From contig JAQGDQ010000259.1 of NCBI GenBank assembly GCA_030141605.1, positions 257,359-321,358 of the forward strand: a DNA stretch of 64,000 nucleotides, given 5' to 3'. Position numbers and translations under genes: made by a program. The notes under the pieces were generated by a model. The model was not told where the DNA came from. It worked only from the letters and a program-made list of their open reading frames with translations, and did no database searches. Positions 51,201 through 61,802 of the stretch are shown here, piece after piece; positions within the stretch are counted from its first letter, which is position 1, and the number at the start of each line of letters is the position of its first letter. Source of the DNA: Tubiluchus corallicola (taxonomy: Eukaryota > Animalia > Priapulida).

Positions 51201-53903
51201 CTGAGATAGACAACACGAGTCAAAAGCAAAAAACAAGAAAATAAGACAAAGGAAGGCAAGACAGGATAAAGCAATGACAGAATAATTTTCCCGGGTTTAC
51301 AATAATTTTGCATTGCAAGTACATTTAACTCAGATAAATATGTAACAAATTACACAAACATTGCATGACAAGTACATTTAACACAGATAAATATGTAACA
51401 AATTACACAAATATTGCATGACAAGTACATTTAACTCAGATAAATATGTAACAAATTACACAAACATTGCATGACAAGTACATTTAACTCAGATAAATAT
51501 GTAACAAATTACACAAACATTGCATGACAAGTACATTTAACTCAGATAAATATGTAACAAATTACACAAACATTGCATGTCAAGTACATTCGACTCAAAT
51601 AATTATGTAACAGGTCACACAAACAGAACAATACACATACTTAAAAAACTTTTTATGATTGTGCTTAAATACAAAAAGTATCAAGAAGCTATGCTCAAAA
51701 AGGAATGAGCTAGAAAAAATGTAATTACAGGAAGGAAGTTGCAAGACAAAAATATAGAAAAAATTTGTATGTCTTGAATATGTTTAATATGCTATGGTTT
51801 TTTTCGTGTAAAATATTAATTATAAAAACGTAATGCAGATGTGATTCGTAAAAAGAGTTTTAAGAATTTGTGAGTTTTGCAAACAAGACAAGCTACAAAA
51901 TGTATTTTCCAAAACTTGGTTAGGTAAATCACTGACATTAATACTTAACTTTTGCATACTTTTTCTGTTGAAAAAGAGGTTTCAATACATCAAATTTTAT
52001 GGTGCCAACCAGCAACAGCAATATCTACAATTGTATTCTGTAAAACAACACAGATCCCCTATTTTCACAAAAAAACCTAGTAAGCCCACTTTTGGGCAAA
52101 ACTGAATTATTGGCATCAGAAAATTCTTACTACCATGCTGCACCTTACCACCAAATAATTTAACGACTTGAAGCTTATTAAGCTAGTTATTGACAAATTA
52201 GGAAATCTAGTAAGTCCATTTTTCAGAGAAATTTTCAGACAAACCTAGCAAGACCACAACAGCATCTCTTCAGCCAATCTCCATGCAGAATCATACAATG
52301 ACGAGCCGCCATACAGGTGGACAGCTAGGTAAACTGTTCAACTCTTTACTGGCAAAGGAGTAATATGTGACACTATAATCGCGGTAATTTATAATGCACC
52401 TGCGTATCTGAAGGGTTAAGCAGTAGTTTGGATGACAATTCTATCTCACTTGAGCGCAACTAGCAAGTTCAGCTTTTTTTAAACCAGGCAACGAGTACAA
52501 AACATGTATTTGCCTTGCCACTTTGTTGCAACCTAGCAAGTTGCAACCAACCAATAATTTAAAGCTACTTTAAAATTCCTTTCTTTCTCCTACGAATAAT
52601 AAAGCACTCTTTATTGTGCACACTCCAAATTTCAAGGTAATCCATCAAATCAGTGTTTCTCGGCAAGTGAAAATAGTTTTCCCGCTTCCTCAAAGTGGAC
52701 TTACTAGGTATTTTCAGAGAAATGGGAGAAATGTTATTTAAAGTTTGATTGCTAAGCTAGTTTCTACAGTTCAGCCTTCACTGTGTATTCATTTGGAAGA
52801 CAAGGATATAAAAAAATGAGAATTATTAGCAAAACTCCAAAAAATGTAAAATTAGAAGTAACTCACCAAGTACATTAAAACAGCGCAAAACTTCGTTTTG
52901 ATTCTTCAACATCGCTGCATTTGTGTAATCAGGAACCTGACACGCCTAGAAAGCAAACTATTAATAAAAGAAGATTCTCTCAAATTCTGTTAGCAATTCC
53001 TTCAAGTGAAGCAAAAATAACATAATGCCATTTGCCACAATTCAATTCAATTCAATCCAAATTGCTTTATTATCAATATTAGGACACGAATAAAAAAGTA
53101 TAAGATCATACGAAATCAAAATTGTACATAGAATTTACAATTCACTTTAACAGAAATCGGATGAAATGCGTTGATACTCTCATACTGATATCTTCAGCAG
53201 TGGCGGCACGTGCGTACTGTGGAACTGCAGCACCCCCTATTTTCACTCAATATTATCGATAATATTCAATATAACAAGTCTTTCTTCTTTAGTTCTTTCT
53301 TTATACTTGTACGGAACCAGAAGACGTGAGGGTAGTACTGTTTACTTCACAGCCCAGCACGGTGTAGCCAAGCGCACCTGTGCCGAGACAACATGCTGTA
53401 TGCTGCACTGCTAGCGTCTGCTGCTACGTAGAGAAAGGATTGTTGCTCACACAGTTTGTCAGACAAAAACCGTATACGGGCATATTTTTGAAATGCAGCA
53501 ATTTAGGATGTTCGTAAGTAAAGATTTTTTTGGTTTAGGATTTTTGTCAAGTTTATGCATGAATTTTCGTACGTTTGTTTGTTAAAAATTACAAATACAA
53601 ATTACAACATTAAAATTACATGCATTTGTTTCGTTTTACATAATATTAAAACAATGGCTAAAAATTTTCTGATGCAGCACCCCCACTGATTTTAATTATA
53701 AGCCGCCACTGACCTGAATTGACATCACAGTTAACATCTTCATGTCATAAGCTTACATTACCGTATAATTTAAACAGGTGTTGCCTTAAATAATAAATAA
53801 TTCCACAAACCTGTGCATAGAGAATGTTTAGAAGGCTATCAAACTGATTTTCAGGCAGCATCAGATCACTATTTGCAGCAGCATCAAGTATCATTGCAAC
53901 AGC
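24256..53903 (-). CDS. MROH1: Maestro heat-like repeat-containing protein family member 1 (HEATR7A), 34 coding exons (~1376 aa); N-terminal exons lie beyond 64000
   Basis: Exons (5'->3' on minus): 53903-53811, 52945-52867, 51151-51038, 50478-50405, 50019-49891, 46810-46706, 46564-46420, 46237-46197, 44912-44771, 44042-43981, 43695-43588, 43411-43292, 42710-42585, 42065-41904, 41708-41589, 40598-40519, 38909-38819, 38162-38046, 37431-37321, 36778-36643, 36037-35925, 35410-35258, 33755-33601, 32368-32185, 31509-31268, 30490-30356, 30264-30150, 28393-28247, 27685-27497, 26716-26561, 25913-25779, 25347-25245, 24693-24628, 24338-24256 (TGA). Every junction is GT-AG and in phase. Motifs KNQNEVLRCF, VLWPLLLEYI, EREGCAIAFG..THLDTVL, LCYGYIA, IALRIRPCFE, LLLHLND, FFKSSWSEIRANAAMFTGFL, LKDPEADVKIKAAEAMSLL match remembered MROH1. 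Confidence 0.93.
29990..30116. mobile_element. Terminal part of a Tigger-like MITE (family C)
   Basis: Repeated ATCGTTAAA motifs ending GAGGACTTACTG-TA; reverse complement of the left part of 39953-40245. Confidence 0.55.
30988..31140 (-). ncRNA. Candidate intronic box H/ACA RNA in an MROH1 intron
   Basis: GC-elevated island. On minus: hairpin closed by ACAC/GTGT, H box AAAACA (31080-31075), second domain closed by GTCGCTATGGA/TTCGTAATGAC, then ACA + 3 nt (30993-30988). G.U pairs favour the host-gene strand. Folded by eye only. Confidence 0.4.
33048..33161. repeat. Near-perfect 51-bp direct duplication (63-bp period)
   Basis: TTTAGTTTGCAAGCACACATATTATCCTT(C/T)ATTTTTATATTTATCCTTACT at 33048 and 33111. 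Confidence 0.85.
34640..35215 (-). mobile_element. 5'-truncated L2-type LINE (same family as 47050-49420)
   Basis: ORF 34862-35101: RNLRSGYKNLLVPRAQTKTLGMRGFSHAAPTVWNSLPLNIRSCNNIITFKKLLKTYL; the 3' UTR and TAA-rich tail are shared with the copy at ~47050. Confidence 0.85.
38910..40518 (-). other. U12-type (minor spliceosome) GT-AG intron in MROH1
   Basis: 5' splice site GTATCCTTT (40518-40510); branch-like ATTCTTGAC with the A at -14; no polypyrimidine tract (TAGAAAAATTAG); phase-2 join restores the frame (ATG GT|A AAA CTG). Confidence 0.85.
39953..40245. mobile_element. Tigger-like MITE (family C) inside the U12 intron
   Basis: TA-CAGCAAGTTCTC...GTGGACTTACTG-TA imperfect TIRs with TA flanks. 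Confidence 0.6.
42808..43170. mobile_element. Degenerate hAT-like MITE
   Basis: GC-rich ends with GGGGCCCCTAGGC / GGGACCCC / GGGTCCCTAG subterminal motifs in an AT-rich intron; termini eroded. Confidence 0.45.
44197..44745. mobile_element. piggyBac-like (TTAA) MITE, degenerate
   Basis: Begins TTAACACTAGAAGGA with repeated CTAGAAGGAC and an internal inverted GTCCTTCTAGGTAG; right end eroded. Confidence 0.4.
47050..49420 (-). mobile_element. Degenerate 5'-truncated L2-type LINE (~2.4 kb) with fragmented ORF2
   Basis: Fragments PFPETWKCTVIRPLLKK..RPISNLHFLSKVIE, LLDLSAA..TVD, GVPQGSCTGP, GFADDHQLY, LKINDKKTEII; many stops and frameshifts. Confidence 0.92.
50035..50330. repeat. Degenerate ~89-bp tandem repeat, about 3 copies
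   Basis: GAAATACAGAAA recurs at ~50124 and ~50213 with shared TAGTTTATTATTTTTA(C/T)..GTGTCATT. Confidence 0.7.
51316..51625. repeat. 53-bp minisatellite, ~5.8 copies
   Basis: Unit CAAGTACATTTAACTCAGATAAATATGTAACAAATTACACAAACATTGCATGA starting at 51316, 51369, 51422, 51475, 51528, 51581. Confidence 0.95.
53198..53711. mobile_element. hAT-like MITE
   Basis: TIRs CAGTGGCGGC / GCCGCCACTG, subterminal TGCAGCACCCCC at both ends; no clean 8-bp TSD visible. Confidence 0.7.
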
Positions 53904-53950
53904 CTGCAACATTATAGATAATAAAGTCATGCTATCAACTGTTATGCAAC

Positions 53951-54436
53951 TTAAAGGTTAACTGCCGGGTCAAAAACCTTTTGTAGCTTTTTACAGATTC
54001 ATGTAGTAAAGGACTTCTTTGTCATTAAAATATAGTTTATTTGTCTTGAATCTTCGTGGTTTTATCTGAATTATTTTTTTATTTTGAATTTGTGAACATT
54101 TTGTGCCATGATGAGTGCTAGAAAAATGCTCGACTATTTCCGTATGTAATTAGGACAATGTAGTGTTGCTATGCGAAAAGTAACTTAAAAATCACAAGCT
54201 TTAAATGCGCGCAGGTAGCGTGCAATTGTATGGTACCGTACTTACGTGCTGTACCGCTTTGGAACCATTGTACCGCTAAATAGGTTCAACTTTGGTGCTA
54301 CTAAACTCTCATAAAAAAATGTAAATTTCGTGTCCATGAGAAGCTATGAAAACTCTCATTTGCTATCGTTGTGATGTCACAAGGAAATCCAGAGGCATTT
54401 GGAGATCTGTTTTTTGGCAGCGATTTACTCTTTTAA
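53951..54436. mobile_element. Kolobok-like (TTAA-RR) MITE
   Basis: TTAAAGGTTAACTGCCG...GGCAGCGATTTACTCTTTTAA imperfect inverted ends with TTAA flanks. Confidence 0.5.
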
Positions 54437-55400
54437 TGTGCACTTCTGACGAAAATAAATGACGGTTTCTTAATCACAGACATGCTGACTACTGATTCTC
54501 AAAAAACGTCTCAAGTTAGCGTTTAAGAGTCAATGTCTTATAAATCTATAAGTGTCTACTTTCTTATAAATCTTTACCAAAAGTAAGAAAAGTGCAGTTT
54601 TGGAAGCAGATCTCAGAAGGAACACTAGCAACCTCTACATGGTATCCCATGGTGCATCAGAGAATTTAACCACATGCAAGATTTAGGTGTCACAAGGGTT
54701 GTTTATGTAAAATAGTGCGCGAACTTTTTTCATGCTCATGGTTATCATTGGATTTTTACTGAAGTTTTAAACTCCAATGACCTTTATACTGCAAGTAACC
54801 ATCAATGAGTCTAACAATATTCTTGCTGGTTGGTTCACCAAATTAGGCACATAAGGCTGCTAAAGAAAATTCCAAAGCTCTGACATTACTGGAAAGATGT
54901 AATGTTATGCCTTGTTTTTTCAAAAGTTTCTGAGTAAAACTGACTTTCTGAGTTCCAAATATTTTAGAAACAAATGAATTTCAAAGTAACTTTTCTTAAG
55001 ACGAATGCTATAAAATATAATAAAATCAATGTCAAACTGTAAGTAATGGCTAACAATTTCATTTTAAACAAAGCTTGGAAATACACTAAATTAATCTTCG
55101 AGCAACCACGTAAATAGTTGTGAAACACCTGCCTTAATTTAAAAAACAGTTTTAACAACATTTTCATGACAACCTGGACAGCATCATTATTTGACAACTT
55201 TCTTTTACAAAACCACAATGTTTTGTAAAAAACCTAACAAATTATCCAGACAGAATGCCACTTTTATTGCGGACCTCATAACTGCCAACAAACTAATGCT
55301 GATTTCAATTTAAAATAACATGAAACTAAATACAAAATCTGTGGTTACTTGCAGAATAAAACCTTTGAAAGCATCACAGTAAAAAACAAACACAGAAATT

Positions 55401-55739
55401 ATTGCATCTGTGTCTGTATGAAATGGGTTTTCTTGATGTATGATCATCTGTATTGTGGGAAATGGACTTCCCTGATGTCTGCTAACCTGTGTTATAGGAA
55501 ATGGGTTTTCTTGATGTCTCCTCACCTGTGTTATAGGAAATGGGTTTTCTTGATGTCTACTCACCTGTGTTATAGGAAATGGGTTTTCTTGATGTCTACT
55601 CACCTGTGTTATAGGAAATGGGTTTTCTTGATGTCTACTCACCTGTGTTATAGGAAATGGGTTTTCTTGATGTCTACTCACCTGTGTTATAGGAAATGGG
55701 TTTTCTTGATGTCTACTCACCTGTGTTATAGGAAATGGG
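55401..55739 (-). repeat. 39-bp minisatellite (~8.7 units) made of a probable MROH1 exon end plus splice donor; truncated by the LTR element
   Basis: Minus-strand unit ACATCAAGAAAACCCATTTCCTATAACACAG|GTGAGTAG (HQENPFPITQ|VSR). Units start (+) at 55401, 55440, 55479, 55518, 55557, 55596, 55635, 55674, 55713 (partial). Confidence 0.95.
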
Positions 55740-57045
55740 TGTAATGGCCCGTGCGTACAGGGGCAGACCATAGGGGCCAATTAATGGTAGTCGCTGCTAA
55801 GTTCGATCAGTTCCTTGGCCGAGCTAGGGGCACTAACCGACTGCCCACTAAAGAAACAGACAATAGCTGAGCGTAGGCAGACTCTACGGGGGCTCTACCT
55901 AAATAGCATGGATTCTTTTGTGGTGGGATTGATCAAAAACAGGCTTTCCATGTATACCCTAAAAGCCAAACTGTAACCAGTCGAATAAATGACATAATAT
56001 TAAGTTTAATGACACAAACAAAAACAGTTGTATAATTGAGCTTTTTGTGAACAATGGAAATTAGTAATAAACAAAAGCTAATCTGAAAACGCTACTAAAC
56101 AGCATGGCATGAAATAAATGCAATGACAAAACATACAAAAATCATACAGTTTTCCTAACTATTTAAAGGGTTCCTACTTACTCTACCAGCCACCCCAAAA
56201 TGCGTACGCTAGCATAATATCTTCTCCAGACAAGTGTAGTTTGCGGTCAGAGTCCTTTAGAACGACTGAAGTATGGTTCTGACTTCATGTAACGGGTTCA
56301 CGACTCCCACAGTGATGACGCAAAAGTCTGAGAGAAACGTAGCTAAATGTTTCAACGTAAGTCTAACAAAAGGGTGACGTGTGAACGGAGCTGTAGGCAT
56401 ACATGCGCTCGGAAATTCACATCAAAACAAGTTCTCCCTCAGGCGCCAATTAACGATAACGTAAATAAACAGGTACCTTTGCTTCCCGGTTTATTGGCAT
56501 AAAGTTCCTACCCGGGCAGTGACGACTTCTCCGTCCCATGCGATGGACTATCGAGCTGGGCACCTTTCCAACTGCACGACGGTGCTCTCACATGATCCGA
56601 GACGACATCTTCCCAGCATGGTAAGATCAGCAAAGCCATGTAAACCAATGAGTGGACATCTTCCACCACCACAAATAGATCATTAGCTTTCAAACGTCAG
56701 CTAATAGACAATCAGGTAAAACGTAAAAACGCAGTTTCACCAACCAAACTCAAGTTGCATATCCTCCGTGAAATCTGTGTCATGAACGTACAGAAATCTA
56801 TGCGTTTGGCTTCAATCCGATTAAATGCACAAACGTACAGTTACACGTTTAACCCAACCCAGGGGGGGGGGGATAACCTTCCCTAAACTAACAAATAGTA
56901 TTACCTAGTTGATCATAACAATCTAGAAACAATTTACATTTAGTGAACATAAGTAAAGGGAAGCTGGTGTCAAAATATGAAAATAAAGCTTAATGTTTAT
57001 CTGCAAGTTAAAGTACGGCTCTATGATTTAACCTGGGTCCTTACA
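55740..57045 (-). repeat. 3' LTR (1306 bp)
   Basis: TGTAATGGCCC...GGGTCCTTACA; near-identical to 62696-64000. Confidence 0.97.
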
Positions 57046-57060
57046 ATGGCCCCCTCTCAA
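57046..57060 (-). other. Polypurine tract (PPT)
   Basis: Minus strand TTGAGAGGGGGCCAT immediately precedes the 3' LTR. Confidence 0.8.
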
Positions 57061-57344
57061 ACGAGTGCTGAAATACCGATATTTGGCTTGCAAAATAGTA
57101 AGGGTTTCAGCACTACAAGAAGTTTTGGGTAAAGATCAACAAATATATTTACTATAACAGAACCAAAATAAGTCGGTTTCGACTTGTTCAATATCAAGAA
57201 CAAAAAAGGGTACTCCCAAACAAAAGCTTAGGTATTCACGCAGTACTCCGCTGTGTTTCGAACATGTCAAAATATGCATGTTGTACTTGTCATGTAAAAT
57301 GTTGATCGTGTTTTAGCAAAAATATATAACTGTGACATATATGA

Positions 57345-60300
57345 TTACATGCGTGATAATGTGTCAGCAGGCACATTCTTTCTGCCAGGTAGGTGTTCCA
57401 CAGTGAAAGAATAGTTTTGCAGAATGAGTGCCCACCTTGAGATTCTCCGATTGGAGTGTCTCATTTTGTGCAAATGTTGCAAAGGGGAGTGGTCACAGCG
57501 TATTATGAATTTACGCCCTTCGAGATAGTAGTTCCACTTCTCGACAGCATGGACAATACTTAAGAGCTCCAGCTCAATAGCTGAGTAGTTCTTCTCAGCA
57601 GACGTAAGCTTACGGCTGAGGTAGGTGATCGGAACTTCATTGCCTGGTTCCTGTTCCTGACTCAAGATAGCACCCAAACCCCGAATTGACGCGTCAGTAG
57701 TTACGATGAAAGGTAAACTAAAATTCGGACAATGGAGTACACTATCTGAGGTAAGAAAGTCACGCAGGGTAACAAAGCTCTGTTCATGATCAGCAGACCA
57801 TGTGACTGTAGATGGTTGGGTCTTTTGAGTTAGCTCAAAGAGTGGTAGAGCAATTTGGCTAAAATGGGGGATGAATCTACGGTAAAACCCCACTAAGCCC
57901 AAGAAGGCTCTTACTTGAGTCTTCGTCTCTGGACGAGGAAAGTTTTGTATTGTCTGAATCTTTTCTGCTTGAGGACGTAAACGATTACGCCCCACCACAT
58001 AGCCTAAGAACTCTGTTTCTCGTTGGGCGAGGAAACATTTCTTTGGCTTAATAGTAAGTTGTGCTGCTCTTAAAATACAAAAGACCGTTTCAAGGTGCCG
58101 GAGGTGGTCATCCCAATTGTTCGACTTGACACATATGTCATCGATAAAACCTCTTGCATGCTGGTTGATATCTTCTAAAAGGATGTCAATAAGTTGTTGA
58201 GATGTTTGGGCTGCATTCTGTAATCCGAAAGGCATAACCTTGAATTCCCATTTCCCAAAGTCTGTTATGAAGGCAGAAATCGGCCTGGATTCTTGGGCGA
58301 GAGGAATTTGCCAATATGCCTTAGTCATATCAATGTGGGAAATCCATTCTGAACCGTGTAATTCATCGACCATCTCATCAACCCTAGGCATTGCGTACTG
58401 AACAAAAAGTGTCTTGCGATTCACAGCACGATAGTCGATGCAAAAGCGAATGGTTTGGTCCTGCTTGGGTACTAAAATGGCAGGAGACGCATAGGGTGAG
58501 TCGGATTTCTGAATTACATCGAGCTTCTCCATCTCGATAATCTCTTTTCGGACAATTTCTTTCCGAGATTGAGGAATGCGATAAGCTCGCTGGTTCACTG
58601 GAGTATGATCTGAGAGAATGATATGGTGCTCTGTTACATGGGTTCGGCCTGGGATATCTGAGAAAATGTCAGCATGCTTTTGTAGAAGCTGACTAAGTTG
58701 GCAAGATTGTTGTTTAGTTAGGTGCTCTGGTATCTCCACATCGGTGGCGAATTGAGTTTGTATTGCTGAGGGTAAGAAAGCAACTTCAGGGAGTTGAGCT
58801 GCCTGCATAGGGGTAGGAGCCAATTCTTCCTCGTCATAACTTGGAGACAGGTCATCTACCCCTGGAAATGCCAGATCTGACTGTTGGCATTTGGAAAACA
58901 GAGCTACGCTCTCTGACCGTTTCACCAAAGGCTTTAATAAGTTTATGTGAAACGTCCTTGTATGTACTTTTACACCAGGTTTGGAAATCTGGACTTTATA
59001 AGTATGATCTGACAACTTGTCAACCACTTGGTAGGGGCCTTGCCAGATTCGATTTAGTTTTTTCTTGGAAGATGGCAATAAAACCAACACCTCTTGTCCG
59101 ATTTCCAATGAACGAGCAGATGATACTTTGTCGTACCATCTTTTTTGGGCTAGTTTGGCCTGGTTTAAGGCCTGGTGAGCTTCCTCGGTGGATTGCTCTA
59201 ATTCATTGATGACCCTATCAACATAGTCATCAACATTGTCATATGATGGAGGGTCTGTACAACCCCATCTTCTTCGTAGGGCTGACATTGGGCCTCGAAC
59301 TGGGAAGCCATATATCAGTTCGAATGGGCTATACTTTAAAGAAGCTTGTGGTGTCTCTCTATAGGCAAAGAGTACAAACGGGATTAATTCATCCCATTCG
59401 AAGATATGTTGAGTTTGTAGCAACTTCCTTATGGAACTCTTGAGTGAGTCATTAAATTTTTCCGTGACACCTTGTGTCATCGGATGGTAAGGTGTTGCAA
59501 ACATTCCTTTAATACCTAAAGCATCTTCAAGTTTCATGATGAGAGTCGAAGTGAATTGAGCACCACGATCTGATAATATCTCTTTGGGTATGCCATGCCT
59601 ACAAATAAATTGGAGGAGAGCCTGTGCAACACATTCTGCTGACTCTGATTTGAGGGGGTAGGCATCCGGATATCGGGTTGTTTGATCGACGATGACCAAA
59701 GCATACTTATGACCAGAGCGTGTTCTCGGTAAAGGGCCAATTAGGTCTATGCAGATCTGCGCAAATGGCTCCTTTACTATTGGCAAAGGCTTGAGTGGAG
59801 CTCTGTCGGCAGTCCTACGTTTAGATGCTCTTTGACAGGCTAAACATGACTTGACATATGCCTTAATGTCACTCAAGACTTTGGGCCAATAATATTGGGA
59901 TAAGACCTGATCAATGGTCTTGCGCATCCCTTGATGTGCAGCTGGCAGTTTGTCATGGGCAAGCTCGAGCACTTGCTGACGACGGACTGAGGGTACTACT
60001 AGAAGGTCCGTGTGGCCTCCTCTTGCATTACGGCGCACTGTGTGAAGTACTCCTTGCTTTAAAAAGTAGCCAGCCTTCTGGGTTTTGCATTCAGCCTCTG
60101 CTTGCACATGGTCAAATAAGTTGCGCAAAGTAACATCATTTTTCTGTTCACTTATTAAGTGTTCTCTTTGCACCAATTCTGCAAGGTTCTGTTGTTTCCT
60201 AGCCTGTTTCTCATTTAAGACAGGTAGGAGTGTATCAGAACTAGCTTGGTGCTGTATTTCTGCATCATGTTTTCCTTGTTCAGTTAGAGCCCTTGCCTTA

Positions 60301-61802
60301 GCTCTCGTTACTATCGGGAATGCAACAAATTTTGTAGCGTCTGCATCAGCAACAGTCTGAGGTTCCCAACTGAGTTGAGGGGCAGACATGCTCTTTTGCT
60401 CAGTAGACTGAACTACCTGAGAGTACAACTTGGGTGTCTCCCGACCTTCACCCGAAGTCAATGGTTGGTTTCTGAGTGTGGGAGCTTTCCCAGTTTGCTT
60501 GGGTTGTTGCTTGTTTGTCCCACTAGATTTGTCTTTCTTTGACAAAAATGGAGAGATTTCAGTTTCAAAGTCATTGCCCAATAATAGTGGAACTGGACAA
60601 TCAACTGCGACTGTGGCTGTCAGATAACCTGTAGCGTAAGGCGATTCTATTTCAACAATAGCAACGGGACAAGATTTGTCACAGTTATGTATGCAAGACA
60701 GTTGGTTGGACAAACCTTTCACGTATTGTTCAGGGTGGACATGGTCTGGGTGGACAACAGACTTTGAGGCTCCAGTGTCTCGCAACCCGGTGACGTCTTT
60801 TCCATTCAAGACGGCTCGAAAATATGGTTGACCAGACACACACTCTTCGGTTCCTGCTCCAGCAGTGACTAAAGCCGACATATCTGGAGCACAAGGGACC
60901 AAAAGTTGTTTGTATGACGGTTTGTCTCTCACACTAGGTGCTAATCTAGGCCTTTCAGTAGGAGAGACCTTCTTTCTTGGGCAAGAGGAAGAATAATGGC
61001 CCTGCTGGCCACAATGGTAACATTGCACCCTGGCTGGTGCAGTTCCTCCCTTGTGTGTTGCAGGTTTTACATCAGGTTTACGGTTTACTGATGATGGAGA
61101 GAATTTAATAGAGGTTGCTCTGGGATTCTGGGCTGAAATGTAAGCATCAGCTTTTTGGGCGGCTTCGTCAAGTTTGTAGATGCTATTTTTCTTCAGCCAC
61201 AAAGCGACCTCTGCAGGGATTATTGTCATGAAATGCTCATAGGCTATTAAATCTAGGGCCTGATCTTTACTAGTGACCGACATAGCATCTGCCCAGTCCC
61301 GTAGGCTCTGCCTGAGACGTACCACTGTCTGCGTACACGTCTCATCTTTACGTTTAGAAAGGTCCCTAAATGCTATGCGGTAACTCTCAGGAGTCACCAT
61401 ATAAGCTGCAAGAATGGCTTCCTTGACTTTGGTATAAGAACGAATATCATCCCCTTCAATAAGTTGGAAGGCGTAACTAGCCTTACCCGAGAGGTGAGGG
61501 GCAAGAGAACAACACCACTGTGACCTTGGTATATCATTCACTTGGCAACAACGCTCATAATAAGTCAAGTACTCCAGGATCGACTCACCTTGACCTTCCT
61601 TAAAAGGTCGCACTTTGAGTTTAATATACTGTGTGGATTCAGTAGATGTAGAGTTTGCATTTGCGTTTGATGTATTTAATGAAAGACGTGCTCTTTGCAA
61701 CTCTCTGTCATGTCTTTTGCTTTCCTGCATTGCTTCCCACTCTCTCTCCATCCTCCTTTCTTCACGCTCCCGTTGACGTTCCTTTATCTCTAATTCGCGC
61801 AC
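57345..61802 (-). CDS. Gag-Pol polyprotein, main frame (capsid-like region, CCHC knuckle, aspartic protease, integrase, RT, RNase H)
   Basis: CYHCGQQGHYSSSC; LRDTGAS; HDKLPAAHQG..CLAC; IDLIGP..ILSDRGAQF..EKFN (DDE); WQGPYQV; FCIDYR..MPFGLQNA..FIDD; TTDAS..ELE..CDH..ADTLSR. The true start is probably the ATG at 62268 across a frameshift. Confidence 0.95.
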   Translation of the reverse strand: MRELEIKERQREREERRMEREWEAMQESKRHDRELQRARLSLNTSNANANSTSTESTQYIKLKVRPFKEGQGESILEYLTYYERCCQVNDIPRSQWCCSLAPHLSGKASYAFQLIEGDDIRSYTKVKEAILAAYMVTPESYRIAFRDLSKRKDETCTQTVVRLRQSLRDWADAMSVTSKDQALDLIAYEHFMTIIPAEVALWLKKNSIYKLDEAAQKADAYISAQNPRATSIKFSPSSVNRKPDVKPATHKGGTAPARVQCYHCGQQGHYSSSCPRKKVSPTERPRLAPSVRDKPSYKQLLVPCAPDMSALVTAGAGTEECVSGQPYFRAVLNGKDVTGLRDTGASKSVVHPDHVHPEQYVKGLSNQLSCIHNCDKSCPVAIVEIESPYATGYLTATVAVDCPVPLLLGNDFETEISPFLSKKDKSSGTNKQQPKQTGKAPTLRNQPLTSGEGRETPKLYSQVVQSTEQKSMSAPQLSWEPQTVADADATKFVAFPIVTRAKARALTEQGKHDAEIQHQASSDTLLPVLNEKQARKQQNLAELVQREHLISEQKNDVTLRNLFDHVQAEAECKTQKAGYFLKQGVLHTVRRNARGGHTDLLVVPSVRRQQVLELAHDKLPAAHQGMRKTIDQVLSQYYWPKVLSDIKAYVKSCLACQRASKRRTADRAPLKPLPIVKEPFAQICIDLIGPLPRTRSGHKYALVIVDQTTRYPDAYPLKSESAECVAQALLQFICRHGIPKEILSDRGAQFTSTLIMKLEDALGIKGMFATPYHPMTQGVTEKFNDSLKSSIRKLLQTQHIFEWDELIPFVLFAYRETPQASLKYSPFELIYGFPVRGPMSALRRRWGCTDPPSYDNVDDYVDRVINELEQSTEEAHQALNQAKLAQKRWYDKVSSARSLEIGQEVLVLLPSSKKKLNRIWQGPYQVVDKLSDHTYKVQISKPGVKVHTRTFHINLLKPLVKRSESVALFSKCQQSDLAFPGVDDLSPSYDEEELAPTPMQAAQLPEVAFLPSAIQTQFATDVEIPEHLTKQQSCQLSQLLQKHADIFSDIPGRTHVTEHHIILSDHTPVNQRAYRIPQSRKEIVRKEIIEMEKLDVIQKSDSPYASPAILVPKQDQTIRFCIDYRAVNRKTLFVQYAMPRVDEMVDELHGSEWISHIDMTKAYWQIPLAQESRPISAFITDFGKWEFKVMPFGLQNAAQTSQQLIDILLEDINQHARGFIDDICVKSNNWDDHLRHLETVFCILRAAQLTIKPKKCFLAQRETEFLGYVVGRNRLRPQAEKIQTIQNFPRPETKTQVRAFLGLVGFYRRFIPHFSQIALPLFELTQKTQPSTVTWSADHEQSFVTLRDFLTSDSVLHCPNFSLPFIVTTDASIRGLGAILSQEQEPGNEVPITYLSRKLTSAEKNYSAIELELLSIVHAVEKWNYYLEGRKFIIRCDHSPLQHLHKMRHSNRRISRWALILQNYSFTVEHLPGRKNVPADTLSRM

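Noticed and set aside
51316-51625. 53-bp array as CRISPR or regulatory array
   Set aside because: Plain intronic minisatellite: no spacers, length not a multiple of 3, no recognisable motif.
758-55218. Most 60-120 aa ORFs in the supplied track
   Set aside because: Intronic or antisense, often non-ATG starts, low-information sequence; those with real signal are exons or transposon fragments already listed.
55401-55739. CRISPR-like array, or a standalone repeat protein (ORFs 55310-55780 and 55349-55744)
   Set aside because: Units are head-to-tail with no unique spacers, no cas genes and a eukaryotic context; both ORFs stay open only because the unit is 39 bp and stop-free.
56508-56693. 61-aa ORF present twice (also 63465-63650) as an accessory or env gene
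   Set aside because: Non-ATG start, no recognisable motif; duplicated only because it lies in the LTR.
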